The translations under genes were made by a program, and so were the position numbers. Shown piece after piece: positions 1 through 13,700 of a stretch of DNA of 64,000 nt; position 1 is the first letter of the stretch, and each line of letters begins with the position of its first letter. This DNA is from Balanoglossus misakiensis (taxonomy: Eukaryota; Animalia; Hemichordata). The notes beneath the pieces were generated by a model that saw only the letters and a program-made list of their open reading frames with translations, did no database searches and was not told the origin of the DNA. The stretch lies in the NCBI GenBank assembly GCA_040954595.2, contig CM082579.2:13393834-13457833 (forward strand), given 5' to 3'.

Positions 1-2104
1 ATAAACACTGAACGAACAAAGCTAAACTGGTTGTGGAGGCAGGAACTGGCTTCAAACCATTGAAAATGCAAAACAGGAAGAAAGTCTTCCACTGCGAGTG
101 AAAATTTGAAATTGTCCCATGTGCATAAGCAGCGGAAATGGTAGAGGTTCACTTTCGGTGGAATATTCTTAATCCTTTGTTGAAGGCTTCTGCTCCTGTG
201 AAAAATGGAGAAAATACCAGTCATGAGTGAAATTGAATAATGTGCTGTCGACGTACTTTTCTGTCAATTGTTTAGCCCCTGTCAATTCTATGAATTTGGC
301 ATGGCTACGATCATCGGTGTCCCAACGGCTGAGTATGTCTGCAATACGATTAGAAGGGCCGCTGACATGTACTGCCTTGATTTGAAACTGATATTGGGAA
401 GCAACGAACCATATTTCCCTTGCGCATTTCAACATCTCTCGTACGACCGGAGTCAAGGACGTGAACAGTGGCTTCGTTATCTCACTGAATGATAAATTGT
501 CTGCCCGTTAGTTGAGTGGCCCACAGTTTACATGCAACCATTACAGTCAAGAATTCTAGAATGCTGATGTGGTATTCTTTTTCACGAATGGTTTGGGGAA
601 ATTGGCAATGGAAATACTCACCCAGAAAGGTGCCACCGGCCCCTAGTAAGCATGCATCTGTGGTAGGAAATTGGTCTGGGAACCCCCAATCCCCAGTGGG
701 TAACATTGATATACCATTGAAATGATCTAGGTATGAGGTCCACCACAGAATATCTTTTTTGAACTCGGCATTGATATGGAAACGATGATGTTGACGTCGC
801 AGTGTGCGCAACTTGTCTTACTAATAACCGTGAGATAAAGACCCGCCTTGGCCTGACGCAACCTGCCAGAAAGGCCAGTTTACCGATAAGGGACTGTAAT
901 TATCTTTTATTAGACCATTTCCTAGACAACCACACATGGGGAGGTACTGTTTAGTTTCTTCAAGTTTCTGCTGTGGCACACTCATAGCCATGTCAATAGT
1001 ATTGAATTGTCGACCAAGGAAGGTCATTACTGGGGACGGGGAACAAGCTTTTCCCGATAATTCATCAAGACCAAGCTCAATAATAAGTAAATTGCCCAAT
1101 TGAGTGAATGCAAAATCAGCCTTATCGACTGATTCCGCACCAGCAAAATCATCTAAATAATTCACACAATCGCTTCCCTCCTGTTGTGATATATACCGGA
1201 CTGCATTCGTAGTGCGCTGGCATGCAATGGAGGCCATTCGTAAGCCAAAGGGCAATTTAGTGTCAAAGAAAATCATTTCTCTCCACCTGTACCCCAATAG
1301 GAAATAGTCATGCGAATCGACAGGAATTTGGCGGTAAGCCCGTTTCAAATCACGCTTGTAAAGTAAACAACCAGGGCCTTTTATTCTGATAAGCTTAGTG
1401 AGATCATCGACGCCAGGGTAAGTCAAGGAAAAAGGCCCGTCCAAATAGAAATCAGAAGGTATCCCATCATTCACTGAGTGGCCGATAGGGAAACTCAGAT
1501 CGATAACCACCCGCCGATCCGGCGAATCCTTCTTGTCAACAGTTTGAAGCGGTGATAACATAAGAGGTTTGTCAAAGGGATTGTCGTGAAAGGGCCCCAC
1601 TGACCCGCCTAGGGCTACCTCCTTAGAGATATATCTGTCTACGTGATCTGGGTACAGCACTGCTGATTTGTGGTTGGTGGAAACTGGAAGTGGGTGATGG
1701 GATAATGTGTAATTCAATGGCCATCCAAATTCTAAGAAGTCACAAACTGCATAGTCATCATACCCTTGTAGTTTAGCTCGCCAAATTGGAATGCATAGAT
1801 TTGACTGAACTGGAACGCGGCACCCTTTGTAATTGGGTAAATTTGAATTGTAAATTTTGACATGCTTTTGAATAGACAGTGAGGCTGTGGGGGACAATGG
1901 GTGTGGCCAATACTCTATTGGGATGTGAGCGCTCTGACTTTGTTCAAAATCACAATCTGCCATATGCGGATATGAAAGTGTATCTGTTGTTGAGATATGC
2001 TGCATATCATCTATGATACCTGCCTGGATAAAATCACAATTACTATTGTAGGAGGACCCGGAATGTGGATGTTGTGGCATGTTGGACAATATATCAACAG
2101 GCAT
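1..2104 (-). mobile_element. Ngaro/DIRS-type tyrosine-recombinase retrotransposon fragment (RT, RNase H, start of YR), degenerate
   Basis: ORF 821-2104 has FLEFGWP, NHKSA, RVVIDLSFP..SVNDGI, KRDLKRAYRQIPV, LPFGLR and YLDD (RT). ORFs 482-811 (TDACLLGAGG) and 169-456 (HVSGPSNRIADILSR) are RNase H, split by frameshifts. Minus-strand 1-~150 reads AAYAHGTISNFHSQWKTFFLFC..PVPASTTSLALFVQ, the N-terminus of a YR, running off the window. Confidence 0.85.
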
Positions 2105-2598
2105 GTCATGATTGTTATTGTTGATGACTGGTGGGGAAATTGGGAGTCTGCATTATGAATGCCACCATCACAATGTCGGTTTTTAGAGTCATAATCGCTG
2201 TTATTAGCCTGGGCCATGCCCAAGTGGCAATCGTGGGAGGATTCAGATTGTAACTGTTGTGGCACACTAGAATTTTTGCGAACGTATCACAGCTGGACAA
2301 TTTTTGATCATGATGAAAGTATGGTTTATCCTGACTTGTAATATTTGTAACTATCGGTGTAGGTGAAATTGGAATACCTAAACAGTGTGTGCCGTCGTCA
2401 CAAGCTGAATTCTCAGACGCATACCCAGCATCATCTAAACATTCATGTTGAGTGGAACACAATGAGTACATAGGTTAGTGACTGATGAAGGCCGACCTGA
2501 AATTTCATTGTGTGAAGACATGGTGCTATCAATAGGAAAAGTACTAAGAAGTGTTTGAGTAGCTGTCAAACTCTCTGAATCGTTAGGGGCCCAAGCGC

Positions 2599-4426
2599 CC
2601 ACTTTTTTTTCTATTTTTTTGGGTGTGAGAACTTTTAACGACATCTTGATGGCGAATGGTTCAGGAAGGCTAGCCTTTTACATGAAGGTGTCAACTGGTG
2701 TTGGTTCGAGACCACTTTTTTGTCCATTTCTTTTTTTTGTGTGAGAATGTTTAACGACATTATCAGTGTAATTTTTATTATTTTCATAAAGCCAATTCAT
2801 TTCAATATCAACGCTACGTATTTTATCTGTCGAGTATAAGAAACTTGCAGGGAAACAGGGTCATTTTTGTCGCGGTTCACTTGGGCAGGTGTGAATACGG
2901 AGTGCTCAGGAGAGAGAAAGATAAACTCACTAAAACCGTGTCTTTCTGTCCGCATGACCAACCAAGGAGCGAAAAAGTCCTTATTTAGGCCGTAATAAAA
3001 CGTTTTATGTCGCCGAGGAGTAAATAAAGAACGGTCAGATCGTTGCGGTGCAGGTAACTCTTATTCGCACCGCTGCGGTGCAGGGAACTCTTATTTGCAC
3101 CGCTAATTGGAGTTGTGCTGCAATATAGTGCGGAAAAGTTCCGACTTTTTCGAGTACACATCTTGATGGCGAAGGGTTCTGGAAGGCTAGCCTTTTTACC
3201 TGTAGGTGTCAACAGATGTTGGTTCGAGACCATTTGTTTTTCTATTTTTTTTGTGAGAACTTTTAACGGCATTATCTTTTTATTTTTTATCAATTTCATA
3301 AATCCAATTCATTTCAATATGTACGCTGCGTTTTTTATCTGTCGGGTATAAGAAACATGCAGAGAAACTTGGCCGTTTTTTTGTCGCGGTTCACTTGGGC
3401 AATTCTGAATATGGAGTGCTCAGCAAAGAGATACTAGTAGATAAACTCGCTAAAACCCTGTCTTTCCGTCCGCGTGACCAACCAAGGAGCGAAAAAGTCG
3501 TTATTTAGGCCGTAATAATATGAGGTTATTACGAAAATACCGCAAAGTATGCACGAGGACATTAGCGCCAAGTATCGCCCGACGCGCAGCGGAGGGCGAT
3601 GCGCTGCGCTAATGTCCTCGTGCATACTTTGCGGTATTTTCGTAATAACCTTATTATTATACATCTTACATCTCCGTTAGTTCTTGTGTTGCATGTTACT
3701 TGGCTTTCAAGTGCGTTGGAGTGGGAGCGCCTTGAAACCGTCCGCATAACAACGCATACCTGTACACGGTGAGTTGGGGCGCCTTGAAACCTAAAACTTA
3801 TTTAACGCGCGTTCCGTACGTACCGTTCCGTACGGCTTTTTATTGCACGCCAAAATCCAGTGTTCTCAGCACTAGGTGTATAATAAAACGTTTTATGTCG
3901 CCGAGGAGTAAATAAAGAACGGTCAGATCGTTGCGCTGCAGGGAACTCTTATTCCCACTGCTGCGGTGCAGGGAACTCTTATTTGCACCGCTGCGGTGCA
4001 AATAAGATCATTGGAGTTGTGCTGCAATATAGTGCAGAAAATTTCCGAATTTTTGGAGTACACATCGTGATGGCGAAGGGTTCAGGAAGGCTAGCCTTTT
4101 ACCTGAACGTGCCAACTGATGTTGGTTCGAGACCACTTTTTTCTATTTCTTTTTTCTTGTAAGAACTTTTAAAGACATCATCATTGTAATTTTTATCATT
4201 TTCATAAATCCAATTCATTTCAATCTTCCTCTCTGCTGAGCACTCCGTATTCAGACTTTCCTAAGTGAACCGCGACAAAAAAAGACCAAGTTTCCCTGCA
4301 TGTTTCTTATACCCGACAGATAAAAAACGCAGCGTAGATATTGAAATGAATTGGATTTATGAAAATGATAAAAATTACAATGGCAATGTCGTTAAAAGTT
4401 CTCTAAAAAATAGAAAAAAAGTGGTC
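2599..4426. repeat. ~500-bp satellite monomers (same family as 15251-17570), minus orientation 2599-4224, plus orientation 4225-4426
   Basis: Direct sequence identity with the array at 15251-17570 (e.g. GTTGGTTCGAGACCAC, GGAACTCTTATTTGCACCGCTGCGGTGCA). Interrupted by an insertion at 3519-3880. Confidence 0.9.
3513..3886. mobile_element. Non-autonomous hairpin element (Crypton-like architecture) inserted in the satellite
   Basis: ~55-bp-arm inverted repeat (AGGTTATTACGAAAATACCGCAAAGTATGCACGAGGACATTAGCGC and its reverse complement) at ~3522-3651. TAATAA direct repeats at 3513-3518 and 3881-3886, where the uninterrupted satellite has one TAATAA. Confidence 0.7.
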
Positions 4427-4627
4427 GATGCAGACGTGTCGAACGAGAGCTATGCCAGTCGTGTTTAATCTGACCGATTTGGTGCCATCCGGACTCAATA
4501 CTTACGCCTTTGGATATACTGGTGCTGGTATAAGTGCTATTTGGACAAAATTTCAAGGTATTTTGAAGATTTGTTGAGTTTTCAAATCTTCTTTTTTTGC
4601 CACGTCACCCGGCAGGGCGTCGCCAAT

Positions 4628-5122
4628 ATGGCTGCCCTGCCTGGCTCGCCGGGTGCTCGTCAGCGGAGTGAAAGGCCTATATGTCGGACTTCCTCAAAGA
4701 CTGCCTCTAGATTGAACACAATCTGTATTAACGATGAGGATTACTCGCCCATTCAATTAATAAGAGCCGTGAAAGAGAAAACTGGACAGAGCAGTGTCAT
4801 TGCATGTGTGAAAGTCAACGGACTCTGGCAAATGACACTACAAGACAATGAAGACACACCACTGGTGCTGGATGAGGGCTTTGCTGTTGACGGAAGTCCT
4901 GTCGACGTTCAAGGCCTAGTGCGTAATTTGTTAACTGTTTCTTTTTTCAACGTTCCTGCGTATACAACAGATGATGAAATAACGGATAAATTAAAAGAAT
5001 ATGGATGTAATATCAGAGGACCAGTCGTAAGGAAATACTACGAAGAGGAACCTGAGGTAGAGACAGGAACACGATTTGTACGTATTGAATTGCCGGTATC
5101 TGTAAAATCTCTTCCCTACAGT
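4628..5122 (+). pseudogene. Tx1/L1-clade LINE ORF1, 5' part (RRM-type), truncated
   Basis: ATG at 4628. VSFFNVPAYTTDDEITDKLKEYGC..ETGTRFVRIELP..SLPYS resembles Tx1/L1 ORF1 (ZCCHC3-like) just before the zinc knuckles. Similarity ends near 5122. Confidence 0.7.
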
Positions 5123-5989
5123 CAGGACGTAAGTGGGGTAATTAAACAGCAGGGGATCATGCAATGCAAACACTTGAACTGGCCAGTAACGTTTGAATTG
5201 CTCATTTGCATACAGTTTTTCAACTTTTTTCACAACGAAAGTTAAGCAACTTGCAACCCATTTCTGACAATTATTTCACCCCAGGCACATTACTGGTACT
5301 ATGAGTGTACTACATGGGATTTTTCATGAAGTTTTATCGAGAAGAATTTCTTTACTCCCACTGACAAAATTGTGATCACGAAATTCAAAGTGACCTTGAA
5401 GTTAAAAAATCAAAAAAAAAATATCAGCCATACCCACACAAAAATTAACCCCCTCAGGTTTTAGAAACATTATTAAACTCCTCTATTCATAATTTTGACA
5501 TGAATATATCCATGCCGAGAGTCAAGGACCACAATTTACAGTGCCATAGGTCAGTCCTGAGAAGTCAGTCAGCGTGAATAGTGTATAGATTCCGTATGTA
5601 ATATGCTAATGAGAGATAACAATGCGTTGTAAAGGAAGCCATTACGTCATGGGTTAACATGCGTTGACCTACTTCAATGCATACACATATGGCAAACACG
5701 GCTGTACTCGTCGATGGCGAAGGCAATTTTTACACCGTCATTACTCCACAACGGAGCGGCTCACACTATTATAATTTCACGGTAACTTAGTTCAATATCT
5801 TCCTAACCTACCCAATTTTTTTCAAGACAAGAAATCTTTGCCGAGAGTCAAGGACCACAATTTAAACCAACATACCGAAACTGTCTTTCTCGGGAACGCA
5901 TCGTTAAAACTTCACGAAAAATCATCCTATCATTGACTATGGTGTTTCATACACGTCTTAGAAAAATGGGTGCACTACGATCACTTGTA

Positions 5990-8146
5990 GATGACCTTCT
6001 ACAGTGTTTCAGAGCATCACAGGAAGCATTGAAAAATAACAAAACCATCACTGTTCTACACCCAGATGACCAGTTATGGATCGTTACTGATGGCTCTGTA
6101 AAAGAAAGGGGGATAGCAGCTACTCTATATTCGTGTCGAGGTAACAAATTGCGCCTGTCCGGCTTTTTCAGTGCAAAACTGAGAAAACACCAAATCACAT
6201 GGTTACCTTGTGAAATTGAAGCTCTTTGCATCGGAGCAGCAGTCAAGCACTTTGCGCCATATATTCTTCAATCAAAGCACGCAACGCAGCTCCTGACAGA
6301 CAGCAGGCCATGTGTAAAGGCATATGAAAAACTAAAACGAGGCGAGTTCTCGACCAGTTCACGGGTATCTACTTTCCTATCGATTGTTAGCCGCTACCTT
6401 ATCAATGTACAACATATAGCAGGTGTAGCTAATATTCCAACAGATTACGCAAGCCGTCATCCTGCCGAATGTACTGACAAGAGCTGTCAAGTTTGCAAGT
6501 TCATTGTCGATATGGAAGAGTCCGTTATCCGCTCTATTTCCATCTCAGATGTGATTGAGGGGACAGCAAAGATGTCCTTTACGAATCGCGCAGCTTGGAG
6601 AGCCGTTCAACTTGAATGCCCAGATCTGCGGCGCACCCATTCTCATTTGGCGCAAGGTACCCGGCCATCTAAGAAGTTGGTTAAAATACAAGATGTCAAA
6701 CGGTATCTGCGCGATGTTACCATTGCCAACGATGGTCTCTTAGTAGTGACTAATAATCAGCCATTTCAACCTACCAGAGAACGTATAGTAGTGCCTAGAA
6801 GTGTCATCGACGGATTACTCACTGCTATTCATATACGTTTCCATCATCCCACTAAACACCAGATGAAACGCCTCCTTCAAAGATACTTCTACGCACTCGA
6901 TATGGACAAGGCCATCGAAAACACTTGTCTTACTTGCCACCATTGTCTCTCACTAAAATCTGTGCCCACAAGTCTGATCCCACAGTCCACTTCACCTCCC
7001 CAACAGCAGATTGGGCGGTCGTATGCTGCAGACATCATGCGAAGATACAGACAATGTGTTTTTGTACTTCGTGAAACCGCATCATCATTTACCATGACAA
7101 CACTTATTGACAATGAGCGCCATGATACAATAAGAGATGCTATCATATCCCTTTGTGCTGGCATTCGGCCACTTGGAGATGATGAAATAACGATCCGTAT
7201 CGACTCAGGTCCTGGATTAATCGCTCTTACCAAAGACCCTCTTTTGAGAAAACTACATATCAAGCTGGACATTGGCGAGGTGAAGAATGTAAATAAAAAC
7301 CCAGTAGCTGAAAATGCAATGAAGGAATTAGGCCTTGAATGCCTGAACATCAATCCAGATGGGGGTCCCCTGACTAGTGTCACGTTGGCACTAGCAACGG
7401 CAAGCATGAATGCTAGGATTAGACGTGATGGATTATCCGCTAGAGAAATATGGACTCAACGAGACCAGATCACTGGCGAACAACTTCCCCTGGATGACAG
7501 ACAAATTATCCTAAATCAACACTTCAGTCGCATACAAAACCATGCATCAAGTTCCAAAAGCAAAGCCCATGGTAAAACAGTTATGGCAACCAATAACTTC
7601 AAAGTTGGGGATCTTGTCTACCTGTATAGAGAAAGAGATAAAACCCGCGCCAGGGATAAATATCTGGTAACCAGTATAACCGACGATAAATGCCAAATAA
7701 GAAAATTTACCAATACACAGTTACGCTCGAAGACGTATAACGTCAAGCTTTCGGACTGTTATCCCATCAGGCCCACTGTATTGTCACAGTCAGGTCCAAT
7801 CAGAGGCCTTGACAAGATTAATGATGACGATGCAGCTCCGATGGAAGAAACAAACCAAACCGTGTCAAAATCTCTTCTGCCGCTGACACCAGCAGAGGCA
7901 ACACATACACATTCAGTAATATCGACACCAAATTTGGCGGACATACCAAATGCTGAATTGACTATACCGGCACCACCAAATAGCCCACCAATAAATATAG
8001 CGCCATCGCCACTTTTATCACCATCATCTTCACCATGCAAGGGCAACAGCAACAATAGTACGTCCCCAGTGAAAGAGCTACGTCGATCCTCGAGAATTAG
8101 GAAACCACCATCGTGGCAAGAATCTGGAGACTGGATACTTAAATAA
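5990..8146 (+). mobile_element. Gypsy LTR retrotransposon pol, 3' half (RNase H + integrase)
   Basis: Open frame with IVTDGS, WLPCEIEAL, LLTDSRPC, HIAGVANIPTDYASR (RNase H), H-H-C-C zinc finger, AADIM / RIDSGPG / NPVAE (DDE) and a terminal RRSSRIRKPPSW. No RT core. Confidence 0.9.
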
Positions 8147-8236
8147 GTACTGCTTAAAATATAGGCCATAATGATGCCTGTAACAGGGTGAGAGCCTAGC
8201 GCCGCCCACTTTCATGCAACTCGGTGACACTGTTCC

Positions 8237-10358
8237 ATTAGATATTCCACTGTTGTGTTTACATCTTCTGGTTTGGCGAAAACCCCAACGGCTTCTAGCT
8301 CATCAAACTTGTCCTGTAGTGTAATTAATGTTTCTCGGTTGTAATGAGGGAGCCGACCTTTCCTTTGTGGAGGTAATACCGGGCCCCTATTGACGGTGGC
8401 TTCAATACGCCCACTAGCTCCATTATATTTAGATATTGTCGGATTGAAGACATCATCATATTGTTGATGCAATTTGATAAATTCATCCTTAATGGAGCGT
8501 GTAAGTTGATTGTCTGGGTCAAGGGATATTCCAGATGAGAATGGTTCACGTACACCGGTACTTGGCAAAGCAGAAGTAGTGGACTGGGTACTTTTACCTG
8601 CGTCAGACAAAGGAGCAGGAGATAGTAGTCGTACTTGACAGAGGTGATCATGGCGTTTAAGTAGGATAGGTTCTGATGTCGAGTTTATAATACGTAATGT
8701 ATGGTCGACAGATTGTATTTCCTGGGGTTGAGGCCAAGCAGATGTAGCTTTTATTGATTGATTCAGAGGATTGTCGTAACGGGGTTCCAGAGCTAATAAT
8801 GAATCTGGGTTACAGGAGGGGGGTGTTTCAAGTTCGATAAATTCCCCTGGAAGTATAGAGTACGTTTTGATGGACAACGGATTAAATAGGCTTGTGTACG
8901 GCGGATCGAAGCAATGTGGTGTTGTTGCTGGCCATAATAAATAATATCTGACCCTTTTATAACGATCTGCCTCTTAGCAGGGCGTGTAGCGATATCATTA
9001 CTGACATGAAAGGGATTCCCAGCCAAGACATCAACATCAAGGTTTTCCACCACCAAAGCATCTAAAGTAAAGGTATAACTTCCTCGTGACAATTGGCAGT
9101 GAACTTCTCCAATGACATCCATTGGCGTAATCCCGTCAGCCTGGCGGGCCATCTGTGAAGCAGGGGTTATAGGTAGACCAATAGATCTAGCAAAAGCAGA
9201 CTTGATCATATTTGTAGTTGCACCTGTATCAAGAGTTACCTTCACAGGATAATGCTGGTAGAATGTGTTGAGAAAGGGCGACTGAATTATATTGACACGC
9301 ATGACATGTGGTTCATCGATGAGGGCATTTACAGGATTCTCGTCTGGTCTGGATTCGTAATCAACTGTATCGGAGGGATTGTAATAATCAATCTCTTCAT
9401 CATCATTCTGAACATAACAGGAGCGACTGAAGTTCGCTCTATCTTCATCTGGTAGAAATCTGCAGTCGACGAGGGAGTGTGACGTGAAATTTTGTCTACC
9501 TGCAGTTCTACATAAGATACATGATTTTACAGGCTGTCTACGACGTGGAAATGGCCGGTTTGTACGCGAAAACGGCTTATATGGCTGCGGCTTATATGCA
9601 TTAAAAATGCCGGTACGCATAACTTTGCTGTCCTCTATGCTATGCAACTCATCTAAAAGTGATGGCATTGCCTGAGAGATTTCCGGTTTAAGTGAAGCGA
9701 GCGATTTATTGCGTAAGTCAGATCCGTATTTTTGTTTGACCAGTTGAGGTAAGCCAGGGTTGACCAACTGCAGCCAAAGAAAGACAATAGTATTTTCTAA
9801 AGTTGGTGTAACATCTTCATCTGCAGTAATAACTTCACCGTGGTGAGTGATGCCACCTTCTCTGGTCAGGAGATTATCATCATAGAATGCGACGATACGT
9901 TGATAAAGATCTTCCGGCTTTTCGTCGGGTTGTAAGCGAATGCTACTCAAATCGAAAAAGTGCGCTCCTGTTGATTGGAAGCCATAATGTTGACGAATTT
10001 TCTGCCATATGTCATTTAATGACGTCGACTGCTTTATAATAGAGTTCCTTGAGATAATCGAACAATAGTTTGCTATTTGACCTAACATAAGGTCAAGATG
10101 AGCGTTTTTCTGTGCAGCAGTCTGCCTTTGGTTTTCAGGAATTGTCTCATCATCGTCAACAAGACCTCTGTAAGGATTGGCTGAGGTTTTCTTGTGCCAA
10201 GTAAATCCGTCTCTCAAAAATACTCGAAAATTCGGGTCCAGTGACAAGATGTATATCAAGTTTTGTTTCCTATTTTCGAAGGAGTTTATGGTCTCGCACT
10301 TCGTGAGTTGCCATTGTTTCGGTGCACGAGCAGTGGCCATTGTGCATAAATTACACAA
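8237..10358 (-). mobile_element. Gypsy gag-protease and start of RT, inverted relative to the adjacent pol half
   Basis: MATARAPKQWQLTK gag start, CxxC..H..C knuckle (CILCRTAG..SHSLVDC), protease LDTGA and DVLAGNPF. After a frameshift near 8850 it reads PPQRKGRLPHY..LQDKFDELE..VEYL and breaks off at ~8237. Confidence 0.88.
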
Positions 10359-10577
10359 GGAACAATAGAACGTGATGTCGATAGTTACGTAAGTACTGCA
10401 ACAAGGCTATAAATAGGTACCTGAGATGGTGCCTGTGACGAATGTTTTTCCTACCGTAACGTACGTCGGTGAACTTTTCAACAGCTCAGCTTGGTTGCAT
10501 TTAAATAGCCTGCACGGGTATTTGGTCCATATAGTCTTCTCTTTGTTGAAGGCTTCTTAGCAGTCGTGGACTCGAAA

Positions 10578-10702
10578 ACCGCTGCCACCACGGCAATAAA
10601 GACAGACCAACTTGACGTGCAATGAACTGCAACCGTTTAATAGTGATCAATAATAATAGACAACGAACAGCAAACACACATACTTAGTAAATAACATTAC
10701 CA
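10578..10702 (-). repeat. Putative Gypsy 5' LTR (~112 bp, 10591-10702) and primer-binding site (10578-10590)
   Basis: Minus strand reads TGGTAAT...ATTGCCG (degenerate ATTACCA) followed by TGGTGGCAGCGGT, a tRNA-type PBS, about 240 bp upstream of the gag ATG. Confidence 0.6.
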
Positions 10703-13700
10703 TAACAATGTAACGTGTTGGCGGAAGGTCTGAACAAATTAGACCAGTTAGTGCGACACGCAATCAATTTGGATTTTCCAGAACGAGTCATTGATGATAA
10801 AAGAGAGCATTCACAGGAGGACAAGAAGTTCCTGAATGAAGTGAACAAGTCAATCAAACTCAAAGATGGACATTACGAAATTGGATTACCATTTCGTAGT
10901 GAAGAAGTCAGACTACCCAACAATGAGCAGTATGCTCTGAATCGCCTGAAGTCACTTGAGAGGAAATTCAGAAGAAATCCCAAGTTCCAGGAGGACTATA
11001 AGAAGTTCATGTCAGATATAATTGACAAGGGCTACGCTGTCAAAGTTCAGCAAGAGAGGCCACAGCAAGACGATGGGAGGATATGGTATATACCTCATCA
11101 CGGAGTCTATCACCCAAAGAAGCCAGAGAAGATCCGTGTTGTCTTTGACTGTTCGGCGAAGTTCCAGGGGATATCTCTCAATGACCTATTATTACAAGGG
11201 CCGGATCTGACTAACAATCTTGTCGGTGTGCTGTTGCGATTTCGTCAGGAACCAGTAGCGCTGATGGCAGACATAGAAGCAATGTTTCACCAAGTACAGG
11301 TGCCCAAAGAAGACAGTGATTGTCTACGCTTCTATTGGTGGCCTGAGGGAAACATTAACAGCCAGCCAGAAGTCTACCAAATGCGGGTTCATCTATTTGG
11401 AGCAGTATCATCTCCAAGTTGTGCGAATACAGCCCTACACAGAACTGCTCAAGACAACAGCCACAGATTCAATACTGAAGTCATCGACACCATTATGAGA
11501 AATTTCTACGTGGACGACTGTCTCAAGTCAGTGAGTAGTGTGCCCGAAGCTATGAAGTTAGCACAAGAACTGACAGCAGCTTGCCAGATGGGAGGCTTTC
11601 GTCTGACGAAGTGGATCAGTAGCAGTCGTGAGGTCTTGGAATCTATTCCCGTACAAGAGAGAGGCAAAGAAGTTAAGCAACTGAAGCTCGACTATGATGA
11701 CCTGCCAACCGAACGTGCTCTAGGGGTGTATTGGTCGGTCGAACCAGACACTCTGGGATTTAAAATAGACATCCAAGACAGACCTGTAAGCAGAAGGGGC
11801 ATATTATCAGTCGTCAGTTCGGTCTACGATCCGCTGGGATTAGCATCACCGTTCATACTGCCAGCGAGAATATTGCTACAGGATCTGTGCCACCGAAATC
11901 TCGGATGGGACCAGACGATCAATCAAGGAGATCAGAAGAGATGGCGACAATGGCTAACCGATCTCCCACAACTAGAAGAACTGTCAGTAGATAGATGCTT
12001 CAAGCCGGCTGATTTTGGAGAGGTGAAGCGGTGTTAAGTACATCATATTTCCGATGCAAGTCAGCATGGGTATGGAACTGCGTCCTATGTTCGCCTGATG
12101 AATGAAGACAGAGAAATTCACTGCGCTCTACTGATGGGAAAAGCCAGAGTGGCACCACTCAAGAAGACCACCATTCCTCGTTTGGAATTGATGGCAGCTA
12201 CCGTGGCAGTCAGAATGAACAAGTTGCTGGAGAGGGAGTTGGATCAGCGGTATATTTCTGGACAGACAGCATGTCAGTACCTAGATACATCGCCAACGAG
12301 ACCACCCGTTTCCATACCTTTGTTTCAAATCGAATCAACATAATTCGTGAAGGTTCGGAAATGCACCAATGGAAGTACGTAAACACACAGTCTAACCCGG
12401 CTGACGATGCTTCCAGAGGGCTGACTGTACACCAGTTTCTCCGAAACAAGAGATGGATAGAAGGCCCAGCGTTCCTATGGGGACCGGAGAATGAATGGCC
12501 TACACAACAATCGGTATCGAAGATTATACCGGAGGATGACCCAGAGGTCAAGAAACAGATAAACGCCGTAATAGCAGACACATCCACACTGGTGATTGAT
12601 GACATCATATCACGTGTTTCCGTCTGGAAGAAACTCAAGAAGACAGTGGGATGGATTCTTTTGGCGAAGGAAAAGCTAAGAAGATTAGTTCAACAGAAAA
12701 GGATGCTGAGAGAAAATCTCGATGAAGAACCTGAGACGAAAGGTAAAGAAGAGCTCAGCAAAGAAAAGATGAGAAAGAGGGGAAGTAAGGAGGAAAGTGA
12801 AATTCCAGCACTCCCATTCGAAATGTTACAAGAAGCAGAGAAGGCGATTATACGCTTCACACAACATTGTCACTTCCCGGAAGAAGTCACCGCCCTACAG
12901 AAAGGTGAAGAAGTGAAGAAATCCAGCCCGCTTTACAAGCTGGATCCGATGCTGAAAGATGGGATAATACGTGTTGGCGGACGTCTTGAGCGAGCGTAAC
13001 TACCAGAAGAAAGCAAGCACCCAATGGTCCTCCCAAGGGACACTCCAGTATCGAGACTCATCTTAGAAGAGATACATCGTGCGGTCGGACATATGGGAAG
13101 AAACTCAATGTTGGCGAGACTAAGGGAGAAGTTTTGGATCCTGCGAGCAAACACTGCAGTCCGTAGCATTATAGCAAAATGCGTGATCTGTCGAAGATAC
13201 AGAGCGAAGGTCGGTGAGCAGAAAATGGCAGACCTGCCGGCAGACCGCATCACACCAGAAGAAGCACCATTCACGAGAACAGGTGTAGACTACTTCGGCC
13301 CGTTGGAAGTCAAGCGTGGTCGCAGCACTGTGAAGAGGTATGGAGTGATCTTTACTTGTTTGGCGACACGGGCTGTACATCTCGAAGGGGCACACTCGCT
13401 AGATACAGACTCATGCATCAACAGCCTTCGACGATTTACAGCAAGAAGAGGACAAGTGAAAGTGATCAGATCTGACAACGGAACCAATTTCGTCGGTGCC
13501 AATCGTGAACTACACGAAGAAATTGAGAAGTGGAATCACCACAAAATATCTGAAGCCCTATATCAACACAGTGTGAAGTGGGAGTTCAACCCCCCAGCGG
13601 CATCTCACTTCGGAGGAATATGGGAACGTCAGATCAGAACCATACGGAAGATATTGTTCTCCTTGATGAAAGAACAGGCTATTCGTTTAGATGATGAAGC

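Noticed and set aside
5125-5960. Non-coding segment with 26-bp direct repeats (TGCCGAGAGTCAAGGACCACAATTTA at ~5512 and ~5839)
   Set aside because: Probably a DNA-transposon end fragment, but no termini or TSD could be defined.
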